Part shown: positions 1 through 12,125 of the stretch, piece after piece
How positions within the stretch are numbered: position 1 is the first letter of the stretch
Layout: each line of letters begins with the position of its first letter
Source: the human T2T-CHM13v2.0 reference genome, Homo sapiens
DNA length: 64,000 nucleotides
Strand: one strand, 5' to 3'
NCBI RefSeq assembly: GCF_009914755.1
Contig: NC_060933.1
The notes under the pieces: model-generated
Told to the model about the DNA's origin: nothing
What the model saw: the letters and a program-made list of their open reading frames with translations, nothing else
Databases searched by the model: none
Translations under genes and position numbers: made by a program

Positions 1-1364
1 TTTACACATACATTTAAGTCACGAGCCCTCTTTTCCTTCTAATTTTATACACTTTCCAAATATCCTGAGTACATATAACTTTTATTTTCCTTTCTTTATA
101 AAAGATTTATTTTTGATGAGGGTAGCACATTTTTATTGTGCACAATTTAGAAATTTGAAGCAGTATGAAGAATGCAGGGAAATCTCTTAGCCCACCACAC
201 AGAGAATCACTTGTCCTGGAGACCCTGAGCATTGTCAGCCTCACTCACGTCCCCTTGTTCCTAAGTGGTCATTTTCTCTACCGAGTTCTGGAATTATGAA
301 GGAAGTAACCATATCTACTGCATAAGGGTCTTGTAAGGATTGAATGATTGAATTTATTGCACAGTGCCTGCATGAAGAAAGATTCTCATGTTGCTAAGAT
401 TTCTTGCACCGCTCTTAAGCTTCTGATTACGCAGAAGCTGGATTAACTATCTCACAGTAGCAGGGCAGACAGTAGCATGGCAGACAGCATGAAGCAGAGA
501 CCTAAAAGTCCTGTTTCTGAGTCACCACCAGAGAAAGACGAATGATCAAAAGAACAATGAACAAGTACAGGATAACTGGATCCACAGGAAGAGACTTAAT
601 TTTAGAGTTGGTTTGGCATAAAAAGAGCAGTACCTTTCATGGGACCAGGAAGTCTCCATGAGAATTGGAAGTTTGAACAACGAATGGATGCAAAATAGAG
701 CCTGCTGCCAAAAGAGAGGTGGGTGTGGGGGTGTACAGGGCAGAATATATATGATACATAAATCATATCTCCAAATCTTTAATGAGTACAACTTTCACTT
801 ATTCATGTTCCATCAGATAAGATTAAAATTTTCCATTAAAAAATTTATTTCATTGAATTGTTTAACCAATATTCATTTTATGTTCAAAGGCCAGTATAGC
901 TTTCACAAAGCGACAGAAGCCTGTAGCCCATATATAGATAGCATTTAATCCATATGTGAGAATTCAGGAGCATTCCAGGAGGCATCCCAGATTTCTCCCA
1001 AATGTGATCTGGCATGTTCAATTTACATACTCATAAAAATTCACTCATCCTCGGAAAATGTAAAACACACTTAAGTATGATGACCAGATAGATGAATGCT
1101 TATTGTTTTTTTTTTACATGAAAAATAAAAGAGCACATGATTTTTAAATGTCCAGAACTCTCATTACTTGGGCTTTGGTGTTTATTTTGATGAAAGAATC
1201 AATATTAATAGTGTATTGGGCATTAGCAAGGGAAAAAAGGTCATGAGGATTGCAGCTCAGAAGCTGATCTCTCTGAAATCAGAGAAAAGGCGTTTAAGGT
1301 GATCAAGATTTCCTTTTCTCCAAAACCCCTCAGGAAAGTGAGGTCCAAAAAAACCTCAGGAAGT

Positions 1365-1510
1365 TAGATAACTTCCTGATCCTCAGTTTCTCTCCTGCAA
1401 AAAAAAAAAAAAAAAAAAAAAAAGGTTATTATCTATAACTTACAGAGATGTTGTAAGGAATAAAATAATACACTTGAAGTGCTTAGCATGTGGTGTAACA
1501 CATAGTAGGC
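1365..1510 (+). repeat. MIR with an A25 tract (1399-1423) at the core AAAA
   Basis: cctcagtttctctcctgc(A)25ggttatt...gttgtaaggaataaa...aagtgcttagca. Confidence 0.6.
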
Positions 1511-1940
1511 CCTCCAGTGTGTATCTACCAACCCATTAACTAGCAGTGTGGTGACTAGCAATTGGGAAATGTTGATAATGGGTTTTCTTTCTGTCTAGGT
1601 CACGGAACAAAATGTATGCAATAATTCCACATCTGTCACTTAAATAAAATACATCAGCAGGTTGAGAAATCTAACTTGGTGATTTTTACTGAATAAAATT
1701 CTATATACAGTCAGAAGCTTATTTTAGCACACACCTGAAGAAGGGCCTCCTTGGCATGGCAAGGGTAGAGAATTTCAGTCCAGATCTTTAAATGTTCCTA
1801 TGTTCTCTCACCCATTCCACAAATTATTCATTGAGTATTTGCTATGTGTTAAGCATTGTGTATGGACTGAGGAATACAAGCCCATAAAACAGACACAGTC
1901 CAGACTCAAAACTATCCTACTACAACTTATAAGACTTCTT

Positions 1941-2253
1941 GCTGGGTGTGGTGACTCACACCTATAATCCTAGCACTTTGGGAGGTCAAGGCAGGCAGAC
2001 TGCTTGAGCCCAGGAGTTTGAGACTAGCCTGGGCAACATGGTGAAACCCCATCTCTATAAAAAATACAAAAATTAGCTGGGTGTGGTGGCACATGCTTGT
2101 AGTCCCAGCTACTTAGGAGGTGAAGTGCGAGGATAGCTTGAGCCTGGGAGGATGAGGCTGCCGTGAGCTGCGATTGCACCCCTGCAGCAGCATGGGCAAC
2201 AGAGTGAGACACTGTCTTGAAAAAGAAAAAGAAAAAGAAAAAGAAAAAGAAAA
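1941..2253 (+). repeat. AluJ with (GAAAAA)n tail
   Basis: Dimeric Alu; TSD aagacttctt 1931-1940/2254-2263. Confidence 0.9.
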
Positions 2254-2269
2254 AAGACTTCTTCATTCA

Positions 2270-2843
2270 CTTGGATGTCTCTCAAGTAATCTCCGCCTTC
2301 ATTACACCCAAAACTGAACTCCACTCACACTGAGAAACCTATTTCTATAGGATATCCCATTTCGACCTTGCCATCCACACAGTTCTTCAATGTCCACCCA
2401 GTCTTAGGCCTGTCTCTCTTTTCATTCATCCATGCTAGAAGTTTTAATTAATATTTACGTAGATGACTCCTAAATTCATATTTCCAGCTCATATCTCTCC
2501 CCTCTAAACTCCAGACAAGAAAATACAAGTGACTACTTGAACACTTTGTTCAGATCTAGCAAAGCCACCTCAAACTAACAGGCAGAAAACCAAACTCATG
2601 CCGCCCCTATCCCTCCTAGTCACACAGCAAGCCCCAACAAAACCTGCTGTTCCAATGCTAGCTATTTCAGTGAAGAGCACCACAGTGCATCACGGTGTGT
2701 GAGTCATGAAGCCTCTCCTCTGCCACACTCTCCATATTGAGTTCAGCCCAAGTCCTTGTGAATTCCATTTCTCAAATACTCCCAGAATCTGTCCACTTCT
2801 CTCAATCCCCACTGTGACCCCTGCCTACCTCTCGGTCTCATTC
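2270..2843 (+). mobile_element. L2 fragments (continue at 9308-9745 beyond the provirus)
   Basis: gatgactcctaaattcatatttccagc, ccctgcctacctctc...; 3' end actcaataaatatttgttgaatgcatgaatgaa at ~9690-9725. Confidence 0.65.
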
Positions 2844-3383
2844 TGTCAAAGGCGTGTGAGTCAGAGCAACTCCATCTTAAATAGAGCTGGGTAAAATGAG
2901 GCTGAAACCTACTGGGCTGCATTCCCAGATGGTTAAGGCATTTGGATGAGACGGGAGGTCAACACAAAATACAGGTCATAAAGACATTGCTGATAAAAGG
3001 TTGCAGTAATGGAGCCAGCTAAAACCCACTGAAACCAAAATGGCAACAAGAGCGACCTCTGGTCATCCTCACTGCTACACTCCCACCAGCGCCATGACAG
3101 TTTACAAATGCCATGGCAATATCAGAAAGTTACCCTATATGGTCTAAAAAGGGGAGGCATGAATAATCCACTGTTGTTTAGCATATCATCAAGAAATAAC
3201 TATAAAAATAGGCAACCAGCAGCTCCCGGGGCTGCTCTGTCTGTGGAGTAGCCATTCTTTTATTCCTTTTTTTCTTAATAAACTTGCTTTCACTTTGCAC
3301 TGTGGACTTGCCCTGAATTCTTTCTTGCGTGAGATCCAAGAACCCTCTCTTGGAGTCTGGATCAGGACCCCTGTCCTGTAACA
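2844..3383 (+). mobile_element. 5' LTR, MER41A-type
   Basis: tgtcaaaggcgtg...ctccatcttaaatag...cctgtaaca. Has aaaaaggggaggcatgaataatcc, i.e. lacks the MER41B tandem-GAS insert. TATAAAA 3201-3207, AATAAA 3277-3282. Confidence 0.88.
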
Positions 3384-3658
3384 TCTTCCTGGAGATCATG
3401 AAGGGACTATAGTGAGAAAACCCTGACTCAATGGCTACCTTTGGGTAAATGTTGGGGTCCTGTAACATCTTTCTGGCAATGACAGAAGTGACTATACTTC
3501 GGAAACCCCTGATCCAACAAAAGCTAACTTTGGGTAAGTGGTGGGGTCTGGTAACATCTTTCTCTCGAACCACAAAAGGGACAATACTGAGGAGACCCTC
3601 CGACGCAAAGGAAATAGACTGGAGCACTGATTGGACAACTTTGGGTAAGTAATGGGGT
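3375..3658 (+). repeat. Three diverged ~85-110-bp tandem units (LTR end + PBS-like + splice donor) in the MER41 leader
   Basis: Units start cctgtaacatct (3375), cctgtaacatct (3459) and ctggtaacatct (3548). Each ends ...ctttgggtaa(a/g)t..tggggt. Confidence 0.85.
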
Positions 3659-5002
3659 ACCCGGGTAAAGAATGAGATTGGTAAAGAATGAGACTGGGGT
3701 AGAGGCCCAACTTAGGGGAGTCAGAGTCTCTCCTAAGACAGAGTGGGTTAGAGTCCCCTCTTAATAAAAGGCAAGGACGCCTGACTGACCTTGGGTTAGA
3801 GGCCCAACTTAGGAGGGTTAAAGTCCCTTCTAAGATTTAGGGGGTTAAAGGCCCCTCTCGGTAAAGTCCTTGGATAAGAATAGGTTTGGCACTATGGGAT
3901 GTTAACTGTTATTCTCTTTGGATTAATCCGCCTTGCACTCTTTGCTGATGACTGTGGATGACAGGGTTAGGCATGTACTGGATCGTGGGATATGAGGAGT
4001 TTTTTCCTTCCTAAAAGGGGAAACTTGAGAGCTGATGGGACTGCTAGAAAAGGTCCGTTTGCAACCAACGAGCAGCCGCCTGAACTTTTCATTGTCGGCT
4101 GCATTGAGTGGGTCTTTTACCTGACCTTCCTAAGCTCTTCACCTTCCCCACCCTGCCACAGGCAATACTTTCCTTCTGTACTTTTCCTTTCCTTTCTTTT
4201 CTGTTACTCAGGGCAACCACCCTGCCCAGCCACCACATGTTGAAACTCTAAGTCAGAGGTTGGATTAAAGATGATGGGGCCCATCTGAGGGCAAATTTAA
4301 GCCTTGCCAGTTTGATATTGGGTGCTAAGCAAAGTGGCTAATGTCTATGTTTTATTACATGTATTTTGCTCTGGCCAGAATGAAAAAAAATAATTTTCCT
4401 TTATGATGCAGCTTGGCCCCCAGGGCAATGGTGCTGCAAGCTGGATCACTGGGGCCGCTCAGAGAAAGGGAATCCAGAAGCCTGGCATGCTGACAAAAGG
4501 GTAAGAATTTCTTTCCAGTCAGATTTCTGGCTTCTTCCTCTCTGTGCAAACGGGTCCATGAATGGTTTAAAAAAAAAATCAGCGTTTATCTCCTCTGTAA
4601 AGCTTTGATTAATGCGAAAAAGAATTCTAAGGCTAGTCTTAAGCTGGTGTATTTTGTGCTATGAATTAGTCGTTCTGTGTCGAGGGGTACTTCAGGGTAA
4701 AACACGGGCTTAGAACACCTGTAAGCCCACTTTTCCAGACAAGCCAGCAAGTTGGTCAGTAACAAACTTGAATACAGGTCCCTTAAACAAAAAAACTGGA
4801 TGATGTCTCCACCTTGTTTTATGCCCTTGGGGGCTTGACCTTTTAACCACGTTTAATGCCTTCCAGGGAACAGGAATTTTAGGGTTCATGTCATAGTTAG
4901 CTCTAAAAATCATATTAAATAGTTAAAAGCCTTTGCAAGCTCAAAATGAACTACTCTAGACTCCTTCTGGGAAAGGAAATGGAGACTGCCCCATGCTATC
5001 TA

Positions 5003-5068
5003 TCGCTCAGTAGCTAAGGTTTTTGCACTTTCACAGTGGCGGTCCGGGTTCAATTCCCCACCTAGGAA
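5003..5068 (+). pseudogene. Degenerate tRNA-Glu(TTC)-like relic inside the MER41 internal region
   Basis: Anticodon-loop CTTTCAC (5028-5034), variable/T-arm ggcggtccgggttcaattccc with B-box GGTTCAATTCC (5047-5057), 3' ...aggaa. Anticodon and acceptor stems have decayed. Confidence 0.6.
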
Positions 5069-7167
5069 GTAAGTCGTTTCTGGTTTAATATCTGCGTGAC
5101 CTTGTCTATTCTTTTCTCCTCCGCGGACTATCTTAAATTTTCCTTTCTCTGAATACCTGGGAGGTTACCTGTGGTAAAATTCAAAAGCCAGAAATATCAG
5201 CTGCTTGGCATAAGAAATTCTAAAAGGACGTTATTAGAGAGTGCTACAGTTAAAATCAGTTTAATTAAAAGTGGATATTCAAGCTCTAACAGCCTCCTTG
5301 GGAAAAACAGGAGGCACCAGAGACCCCTTTCCTGGCCCTGTTCTTCCAAGGACTCCACCCTAAAGCCAGTAATCCAACTAAGAAACTTAAAAACTGGCAA
5401 ATGAAAAATCTTACAACTACTGTAGTAATCTTCTTCTGTCTTTCTGTGTAGCTACATATGTGTTGTGTGTAATGCTTATATAAAAGAGCTCTAATTGGCT
5501 TAAACAAAATTAAGCACTTAAATATTTTAAAAGTAAAATAAAAACTGTAATGCCTTTTGGTTCATGTAACTTTAGTAATCTTTGGGAAATGAAAACAGCT
5601 TTAAAAATGACTGATAAAAATGTTTAGTCTAAATTATGCAGGTCAGATATTAAGTTGGCTAAATGCTTTAAGGTCATGAACTGCTTCTTTAACTTTTAAA
5701 AATTGTTTAATTTACCTACCTTAAAGCCATTAAATGCTAGATAAGGCCTGGGGACATGTGGAACTAGCCATGCCCCCTAGCTATACAAAGAAGATTACAA
5801 AGAAAGACATTTTATATAAGAAAGGATCTTGTATGGTAAATTCTTGTCCTAAAGTAAAATAACTGGTTGTTTAAAAGGAGGGAGGTTTAGGGCAAGTTAG
5901 AAAGTCCAAGAGTCTCAAATGGTATGGGTAAGTCATGAAAAAATTTGTGAAAGGGAATTTATGCACGAAAAGTTGTCCAATTCAAAGGTTGTTAGATCTG
6001 CTAAACGCTTCATGAAATGCCACTATGGTTCTTACTGTATAACTTGCCTGCTTTACAGCTAGGTAAGGCCTGGGGACATGTGGAGTTAGACATGCCCCCA
6101 GCTATGCTGGAGAGTCAGACCTTATCTGCACTTCTGCCTGGTGTGTCCTAGTGTATCTAGGAGCAGTACACTGCTCCACACCTAGTGTAGAATTAAAATC
6201 TCAAACTTACCAAAGTTTTCACCAAAAATAAAAGTTGCTAAGAGTTAACATTATAATATGCAATTGAAACTACTGAAATAATTTTACATGCAATGTGTAA
6301 AGAAAGTAAAATTTGTTTTTGGTGAAAGATTGTAAGAAATCATGGGAATGTGAATTTTTTTCTGCCTAAAGTATTGAAGGATTGTTTTAAGTAAGAAAAA
6401 AAAATCTAAAGGTTTAAACAAGTTGTGAAAGGTTTATAAAAAGTAACTTTAAGAGATTCAGTGTGTGAACATATTGGCTAAAGTTAAAGGGGTACTATTC
6501 AATTTTTCCACAAATTAAATTTTAGAATAAAAGCACAACAGGTTTTTCTTAGCGCACTCATCTGCTCTTTCATAAAAAAAAAAAATGTAAAGGGTTATAA
6601 AGGTTTATAAGAATCTTAACTTACGGTTAAACATTAAAATTCAGTAAATATGTCTAAAAGATTTTATTAAAAATTGCATTTAACATTAATAGTACATTAA
6701 TATAAAGGTGAAATCTGGCTTATTTGGTATAAAAATCATACATTATCAAATGTAAAATGGTGTTTTGCTTTCTTTGGACTATATGTGCATAAATGTGTTA
6801 TTGGTATATGTTCCAAATTATGGGAAACTCCTATAATTCTAATATAACTTAGTGTATGTAATTAATCATTATAATTGTTATGTAAAATTTTGTGTGCCAC
6901 AGAAGTAACCAAATTTCCTTATCAATTGTGGCTTTAATAGTGGCTGTCCTAAAACTTTTTATCATCTACAGACCATTGTTGTCTTGTTTTAATCCTCTTT
7001 AGAAGGTGGTTTATAATTAACTAGAGAACTCTAGCAGGTGTTCTTAAACGCAGGTTTCTAATAACTTTGGAAATTGTAAGATTAGAATAGAGGAAACAAC
7101 TTTTAAAACTCTTATGAAGAGCTGGAATGTTCATGAATATCTAATAGAACATAAGTTAACTGAATTA

Positions 7168-7535
<368 letters not shown>

Positions 7536-8761
7536 GAATATCCTGCTGATCCTTTGTTTTTCAGAGTCAAGGAAACTTTTCATTTGAGCTATTTACAGCT
7601 TTTACCAATTAAGTAAAGTATACTCCTGTAAACAAAATTTGGAGCATATTTGTTTCTCTCTACCTGATTTCTCCAAAATTTGGAAACTATTTGTGAGCAT
7701 TCTTAATTTATGGCAATATAGTTATTTGCATAAGTGCAATAAGAATCTGTTTTCTTTTATAACAGAACACAACTGAAGAAACTAGTTATTTTCCCAAGGC
7801 TTTAACTGGAATGGTGTGTACAAGGTTTCTGACCTGTGATAAGTAAAGAATGTCACTTTCTAACAGGTCCAGGAGCCCCAAGTTATCTTGGGACCCCAAG
7901 AGGAGAGGAATTTACTCAACTAATAGGTATTTGAGGGTACAAAACCATGGCTGAGCTTGGTTTTAAGAAATCTTAACTAAGATTCCTTCTATGGAACAGA
8001 GTTCCATCAAAGCCAATTTTAAAAGAGGCTATGTGAAAAATAATTATTCTTGCTGCACTTTATACAAATAATCAGGCCAAGTATAATAAAGCAAATCAGT
8101 CTTACCATGATTTGTCTTTAGTAAAAATGAAAAACTGGAGAATGAAATATTATGTTTCAAGAACTATGGTACACTTTCTACTAAATTCTAGTCTCATTAG
8201 TTGTTTTTAAGTTTGTTTCTGCAATTTAGGCTAACCCTGCTTATTCCTGTGAACCAAAGAGTGATCTCTGACTTGTGGTCAGAAGAAACAAGAGGGATGA
8301 GTAATGTAAAAATCTGGATCAGTATTCTAATTCTGGGCACATTACAATCAGCTAACAATCCCATATCGGCTTAGTTCCAACAGTTGCCCAGTTCATGTAA
8401 AGCCTTCTAATTTAGTTTACTTGGAATAACTTTACTTATTTTGCTTTACTCTTGTGGAATATACTGCTGTTATACTCTTTGTGTAGGAATACAGGACAAG
8501 CTTACTGAATGTTTTCTTAAATTAAACACTTATTAATCTTCCAGATATTGCCTTTTCTCAAAACTCAAGAGTTATGAATGGACCTTACCATACTGATGCT
8601 TTCTCACTGAGCTCCTGTCTACTCTGAATGCAAGAAACCCTCATAGTTAGGCAGGAATATCATAATCGCTATTCAGCCTGAAGAAGTTAAAGAAGATGGA
8701 TCTTCATCCCTCTGCAACTCTTACGATTAAAGAGTTCTCTTATAAAAGGGGGGGGGGGACA

Positions 8762-9307
8762 TGAGAGGTGTGTGAACCAGAGCAACTCCATCTTAAATAG
8801 GAGCTGGGTAAAATGAGGCTGAAACCTACCAGGATGCACTCCCAGACAGTTAAGGCATTCTAAGTCACAGGATGAGATAGCAGGTCAGCACAAAATAAAG
8901 GTCATAACAACCTTACTGACAAAACAGGTTGCAGTAAAGGAGCCAGCCAAAACACACCCAAACCAAAATGGCAACAAGAGTGACCTCTGGTCATCCTCAC
9001 TGCTACACTCCCACCAGTGCCATGACAGTTTACAAATGCCATGGCAACATCAGGAAGTAACCCTATATGGTCTAAAAAGGGGAGGCATTAATAATCCACC
9101 CCTTGTTTAGCATATCAGCAAGAAATAACCATAAAAATGGGCAACCAGCAGCCCCAAAGGGTTGGCTATGGAACAGCCATTCTTTCATTTCTTTACTTTC
9201 TTAACAAACTTGCTTTCATTTTGCACTGTGGGATCACCCTGAATTCTTTCTTGCATGAGATCCAAAAACCCTCTTGGGGTCTGGATCAAGACCCCTGTCC
9301 TGTAACA
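8762..9307 (+). mobile_element. 3' LTR, MER41A-type
   Basis: Homologous to 2844-3383. Preceded by the PPT aaaa(g)11 at 8744-8758 and ends in tgtaaca. Poly(A) signal reads AACAAA (9203-9208). Confidence 0.88.
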
Positions 9308-10715
9308 ATCCCACTCTGTTCTCCCTGTTCTTTGTGCTCCAGTCACACTGACCTTCTTTTGTTCCCTGACCACAACATGCTTCCTCCAGCAATAAGGTGG
9401 CTGCCACACTGCTCCATCTGCTGGGACCCTCCCCTGCCCCAATGCCTCCTGTATCACTTTCTTGGGGAATTTCTCCCTGACTTCCAGGCAAAGCTCTCAT
9501 AAACAGTGTTCCTTTCCTTCAGAGCACTTAATTCAGTTTTAAAGCAAACATTATTTAGTTTAACTATCTGAATTAATTATTTTAGTTATTTGCCCACTTC
9601 CTTCAATAGACTGTGGAATTCCTGAAAGCGAGACCATGCCTGGCTCTACTCACCACTGTATACCCAGCAAAATGCCTGGTATATAGCAAACACTCAATAA
9701 ATATTTGTTGAATGCATGAATGAATAGAAATGATAAGTGAAATGAGCCAGTTACAAAGTGCTTTTACCCTTGATAATTTCTTCTTCCCCAACAAACTGTG
9801 CATTTTTTAGTGCAGTGATCACATTTCTCTTGTTCTCCATTTTATCCTGAATACTTAGGGTCTGAAACTCCAAAAACATTTATTAAATGAAGGAATGAAG
9901 GACTTAAGCTTCTGAGATTAAGCAGAATGCCAAGAGGAGAAGAATGAGAAAAGCATTTCTGACTACAGAAATAGCAAAAGCACTTATGGTATTGATGTTA
10001 AAAAGCTGCCAGTAAAAGAATGTGATGCCTTAGGATATATGGGAGCACAGCTGGGAGTCAGAATAGGAAGGGCCACTTCAGCTGTACTGTTTAGGTGAGT
10101 AGTTCTCATGATGACTCTAAGAAATATAAAGCAGAAGCAGCAACCCAGAAATGGGAGAAGACACAGGTGGGCATGCAGATGGTAAAAAAGGGGACTATCA
10201 AGAACATACTGAAGAGTTCAAATAACGAAGTTGTCTGGAAATACATAATGTCAGGTCAAACACTGCCAAATACTGTCCTAAGTCCACAGGGCATCAGAAT
10301 ATCATAGCATAGTAAAATTACTTGAGTCATCAAAAAAGGACTAAATTACACTACTACTGCTGAACTACTTACTAATATTGGTTGTGGTAGTAGCTGGCTG
10401 CGGTTACAGTAGTTAGGAGGAGCAGAAATGAACATTTATTGAGCACTTGCTATGTATTTTCTCATTTTATTTTCATTACTACCCTGTTAGATAGTTTCCA
10501 CCCTCATTTTATACATGAGAAAATCATACTACATGGGGCTTAAGTAATTCATTTAAAATCATCCTGCTAGTAGGCGTTAACACCAGAATTAAAACCCAGC
10601 CTGTAGCTGTGAATCTCACACTTTCAGCCACTATGTTATATTCTGATTAAGAAAGTACAGAAAGATGTTAACACAATTTAGAGAGCTCCTATGAAGAATA
10701 ACTCAAATGAAGTTT

Positions 10716-11012
10716 GGCCAGGCATGGTGGCTCAGGCCTATGATTCTAGTACTTTGGGAGACTGAGGCAGGATGATTGCTTTAAGCCAGGAATTCAAGAC
10801 CACCCAAGGCAACAAAGCTCTTGCAAAAAATTTGTGCCACTACAAAAAATTTTAAAAATTAGCCAAGTGTAGGGACATGCACCTGTAGTTCTAGCTACTT
10901 GGGAGGCAAAGGTGGGAGGATTACTTGAGCCCAGGAGTTCAAGGCTGCAGTGAACTGTAATTGCACAACCGCACTCCAACCTGAGCAACAGAGTCTTAAA
11001 ATAAATGAATAA
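10716..11012 (+). repeat. AluJ
   Basis: Diverged dimeric Alu. Confidence 0.88.
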
Positions 11013-11179
11013 AATGTGATGCTTGATGAGATAAGCCCTCAAATAGCTACAAAACCCACCAACTTTCCCTAAGCAGTCTAGATGGCTGAGGTCCTATCAA
11101 AATGATGCTAATCCAGAGTTATCTCCAATGCATGACTATACCATGTATTGTTACACACTGGACTGTCTAATGTATAGTG

Positions 11180-12110
11180 GCCATTAAAAATGGGCAAAAG
11201 ATAAGAACAGCTCACCAAAGAAGACAAACGGTAACAAATAAGCATATGAAGATGCTCAACATGATGTAATTAGGGAATTACAAATTAAAACAACGACATA
11301 CCACTACACACCTATTAAAACAGCTAAAATTGAAAATACTGATAAAAACCAAATGCTGGTGAGGATTTGGAGCAACAACTCTCATTCCTCACTGGTGGGA
11401 ATGCCAAATGGTATGACCACTTTGGAAGACAGTTTGGCAGTGTCTTATATCATAGGCTTACCATACAATTTGTCAATCACACTCCTACATATTTGCCCAA
11501 ATGAGCTGAAAACTTACATCCACATAAAAATCTGCACATGAATACTTACAGTGCCTTTATTCATAATTCCCAAAAATTAGAAGCAACCAAGATATCTTTC
11601 AATAGATGAATGAATAAATGAACTGTGGTAAATCCATGCAGTCCATTACTTAACAACAGTGAGAAATAAGTGTATCACACAAAGGATGCTTAAATGCATA
11701 CTGCTAAGTGAAAAAAGCTAGTCTGAAAAGGCTACATATGGTATGATTCCAACTAGATGGCGTTCTGTAAAATGCAATACTACAGAGACAGAAAAAAGGC
11801 CAGTGGTTGCCAGCAGTGGTGGGTAGGGTTGAATAGATGGAGCACAGGACATTTTTAGGGCAGTGAAGCCATTCTGTATGATACAACCATTAGAGCTGCA
11901 CAAGAGTGAACCCTAATGTATAACTGCTGGCTTTTGTTAATAATATTGGTTCATCAACTTTAACAAATGTACCACACTAATGCAAGGTATTAGTAACAGG
12001 AGTAAAATGAGGGATTGGAAGGATATGTATGGGAACTCACTGTATTTTCTGTGCAAATTTTCTGTAAACCTAAAACTGCTCTAAAAAATAGTCGATTAAA
12101 ATTTTTTTAA
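11180..12110 (+). mobile_element. L1MC 3' end
   Basis: aaatgggcaaaaga...caaatgctggtgagga...ttctgtaaacctaaaactgctctaaaaaata terminus; SVA inserted in its tail. Confidence 0.75.
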
Positions 12111-12125
12111 AAAAACGAAGCATAG

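Noticed and set aside
1399-1423. A25 tract as a retro-insertion
   Set aside because: No flanking TSD; it sits at the AAAA of the MIR core, so slippage expansion is simpler.
2844-3383. Interferon-gamma/STAT1-inducible MER41 enhancer
   Set aside because: Both LTRs are the MER41A form, lacking the tandem GAS segment found in MER41B.
5003-5068. Functional tRNA gene
   Set aside because: Acceptor and anticodon stems do not pair, and an internal T5 run would terminate Pol III; reported only as a relic.
3178-5507. Retroviral gag/pol/env ORFs in the provirus
   Set aside because: Only short ORFs with no recognisable retroviral motifs; the element is non-coding.
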